This document shows, one piece after another, positions 31,387 through 32,000 of a DNA stretch of 32,000 nucleotides. The notes beneath the pieces were generated by a model. The model searched no databases and was not told the DNA's origin. It saw only the letters and a list, made by a program, of their open reading frames with translations. Position 1 is the first letter of the stretch, and each line of letters starts with the position of its first letter. Source of the DNA: Horticoccus luteus (lineage in GTDB: Bacteria; Verrucomicrobiota; Verrucomicrobiia; Opitutales; Opitutaceae); NCBI RefSeq assembly GCF_019464535.1, contig NZ_CP080507.1, positions 2,610,001 through 2,642,000 on the forward strand, given 5' to 3'. The position numbers and the translations under genes are program-made.

Positions 31387-32000
31387 ATGACGCTTCAAGC
31401 ACAACTCGACTGGCTCAAATCCGCGGCGATCACTCTGCCTGACGCCGAAGGTGTGTCACGCGCGCTGGCGCTCGTGGCCTCGGGCGCCCCCAACGACGAG
31501 CTGTTTTTCGGCGAACTCAAAGACGCCGCGTGGCTACCGGTCTTGGAGCGGAAGGGATATTTTTCGAAGCCACTCGTCGACCAAACCCAGCCCGATCGGC
31601 GAACTATCTTTCGCAACCGGCTACCGCTATTTGCTCTCGCTCGTTTCTCCGAAACTACTCCTTCCCAAGCCGCGGCGATTCTGCTGCGGATGCCGTTGTC
31701 GGCCGTGCAGGCCACCGCTGACCAAGTATTGCGCTGCCTCACCAAACTGCGCGATCGCCAGGCTATCACTTCAGTCCGTCCGCTATCGGTGTATCTGGCC
31801 GAAACCACGCATCGCGCGACGGCGGTGTGGATCGATGATCTGTTGCAGGATTGGATTAAGGCAGGCGCTCAAATGGAGGCAGTTGGCATCCTGCGAGCCT
31901 TCGTCGGTTCCACGGTGAGATCGTCGTTCGAGGACCAGCCGCGGCTGGATCGGCATTGGCAGCTGGCGGAGATCGATCGTAAGCTCGTCGATCACCTCGC
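31387..32000 (+). CDS. hypothetical alpha-helical protein, N-terminal 204 codons only (runs off the right edge); probable operon partner of the SIR2 gene
   Basis: Not in the track, because it has no stop in the window. The ATG at 31387 lies 5 nt after the SIR2 stop (31379-31381). I translated the frame to position 32000 without meeting a stop: MTLQAQLDWLKSAAITLPDAEGVSRALALVASGAPNDELFFGELKDAAWLPVLERKGYFSKP… It is Leu/Ala-rich and helical-repeat-like, with no Walker A in the visible part. Confidence 0.6.
   Translation, partial: MTLQAQLDWLKSAAITLPDAEGVSRALALVASGAPNDELFFGELKDAAWLPVLERKGYFSKPLVDQTQPDRRTIFRNRLPLFALARFSETTPSQAAAILLRMPLSAVQATADQVLRCLTKLRDRQAITSVRPLSVYLAETTHRATAVWIDDLLQDWIKAGAQMEAVGILRAFVGSTVRSSFEDQPRLDRHWQLAEIDRKLVDHL

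Noticed and set aside
1-32000. Search for rRNA, tRNA, CRISPR, IS elements, transposases, integrases and prophage genes.
   Set aside because: I recognised none by eye on either strand. Absence of small RNAs cannot be proven without covariance-model tools.

Overview
High-GC bacterial chromosomal segment with two contrasting halves. GC figures are spot counts of single 60-nt lines: 65% at 10021, but 48-58% at 24481, 25021 and 30721. No sliding window was computed.

(1) 1-23.1 kb is a cell-surface / glycan-capture locus. It is entirely minus-strand up to 19.7 kb and contains, in order:
- a partial secreted protein;
- a TMTC-like GT-C glycosyltransferase with a TPR tail;
- a PEP-CTERM protein with a clean terminator;
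- a 1192-aa TonB-dependent receptor whose ATG overlaps (ATGA) the stop of an 11.8-kb ORF of 3947 aa.

The giant ORF is built from about 14 Ig-like, 4 FN3 and 2 He_PIG-like domains, two six-bladed NHL propellers, three copies of an uncharacterised ~280-aa domain and one GH28-type beta-helix. It is really two complete secreted-protein architectures joined in frame. An internal C-terminal-type sorting signal is followed, with no stop codon, by GGAGG, an ATG and a new signal peptide. A polytopic membrane-TPR protein and a LacI regulator follow on the plus strand.

(2) 23.1-32 kb looks like an accessory, defence-island-like region. It contains:
- a LysR-like regulator divergent from a COG1205 (MrfA/YprA-type) DEAH helicase, plus a small downstream ORF;
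- a decayed stretch;
- a Macro-HEPN fusion gene placed head-to-head with a SIR2_2-type gene;
- a downstream helical protein cut by the window end.

The best candidate for an undescribed system is the SIR2 / partner / Macro-HEPN NAD+-ADP-ribose module. The second candidate is the fused megaprotein with its non-PEP C-terminal sorting signal. No rRNA, tRNA, CRISPR array, transposase or intact integrase was recognised. The gene content (PEP-CTERM, very long TBDR, Ig/NHL megaproteins) suggests a Verrucomicrobiota (Opitutales-like) organism, but this is inference only.
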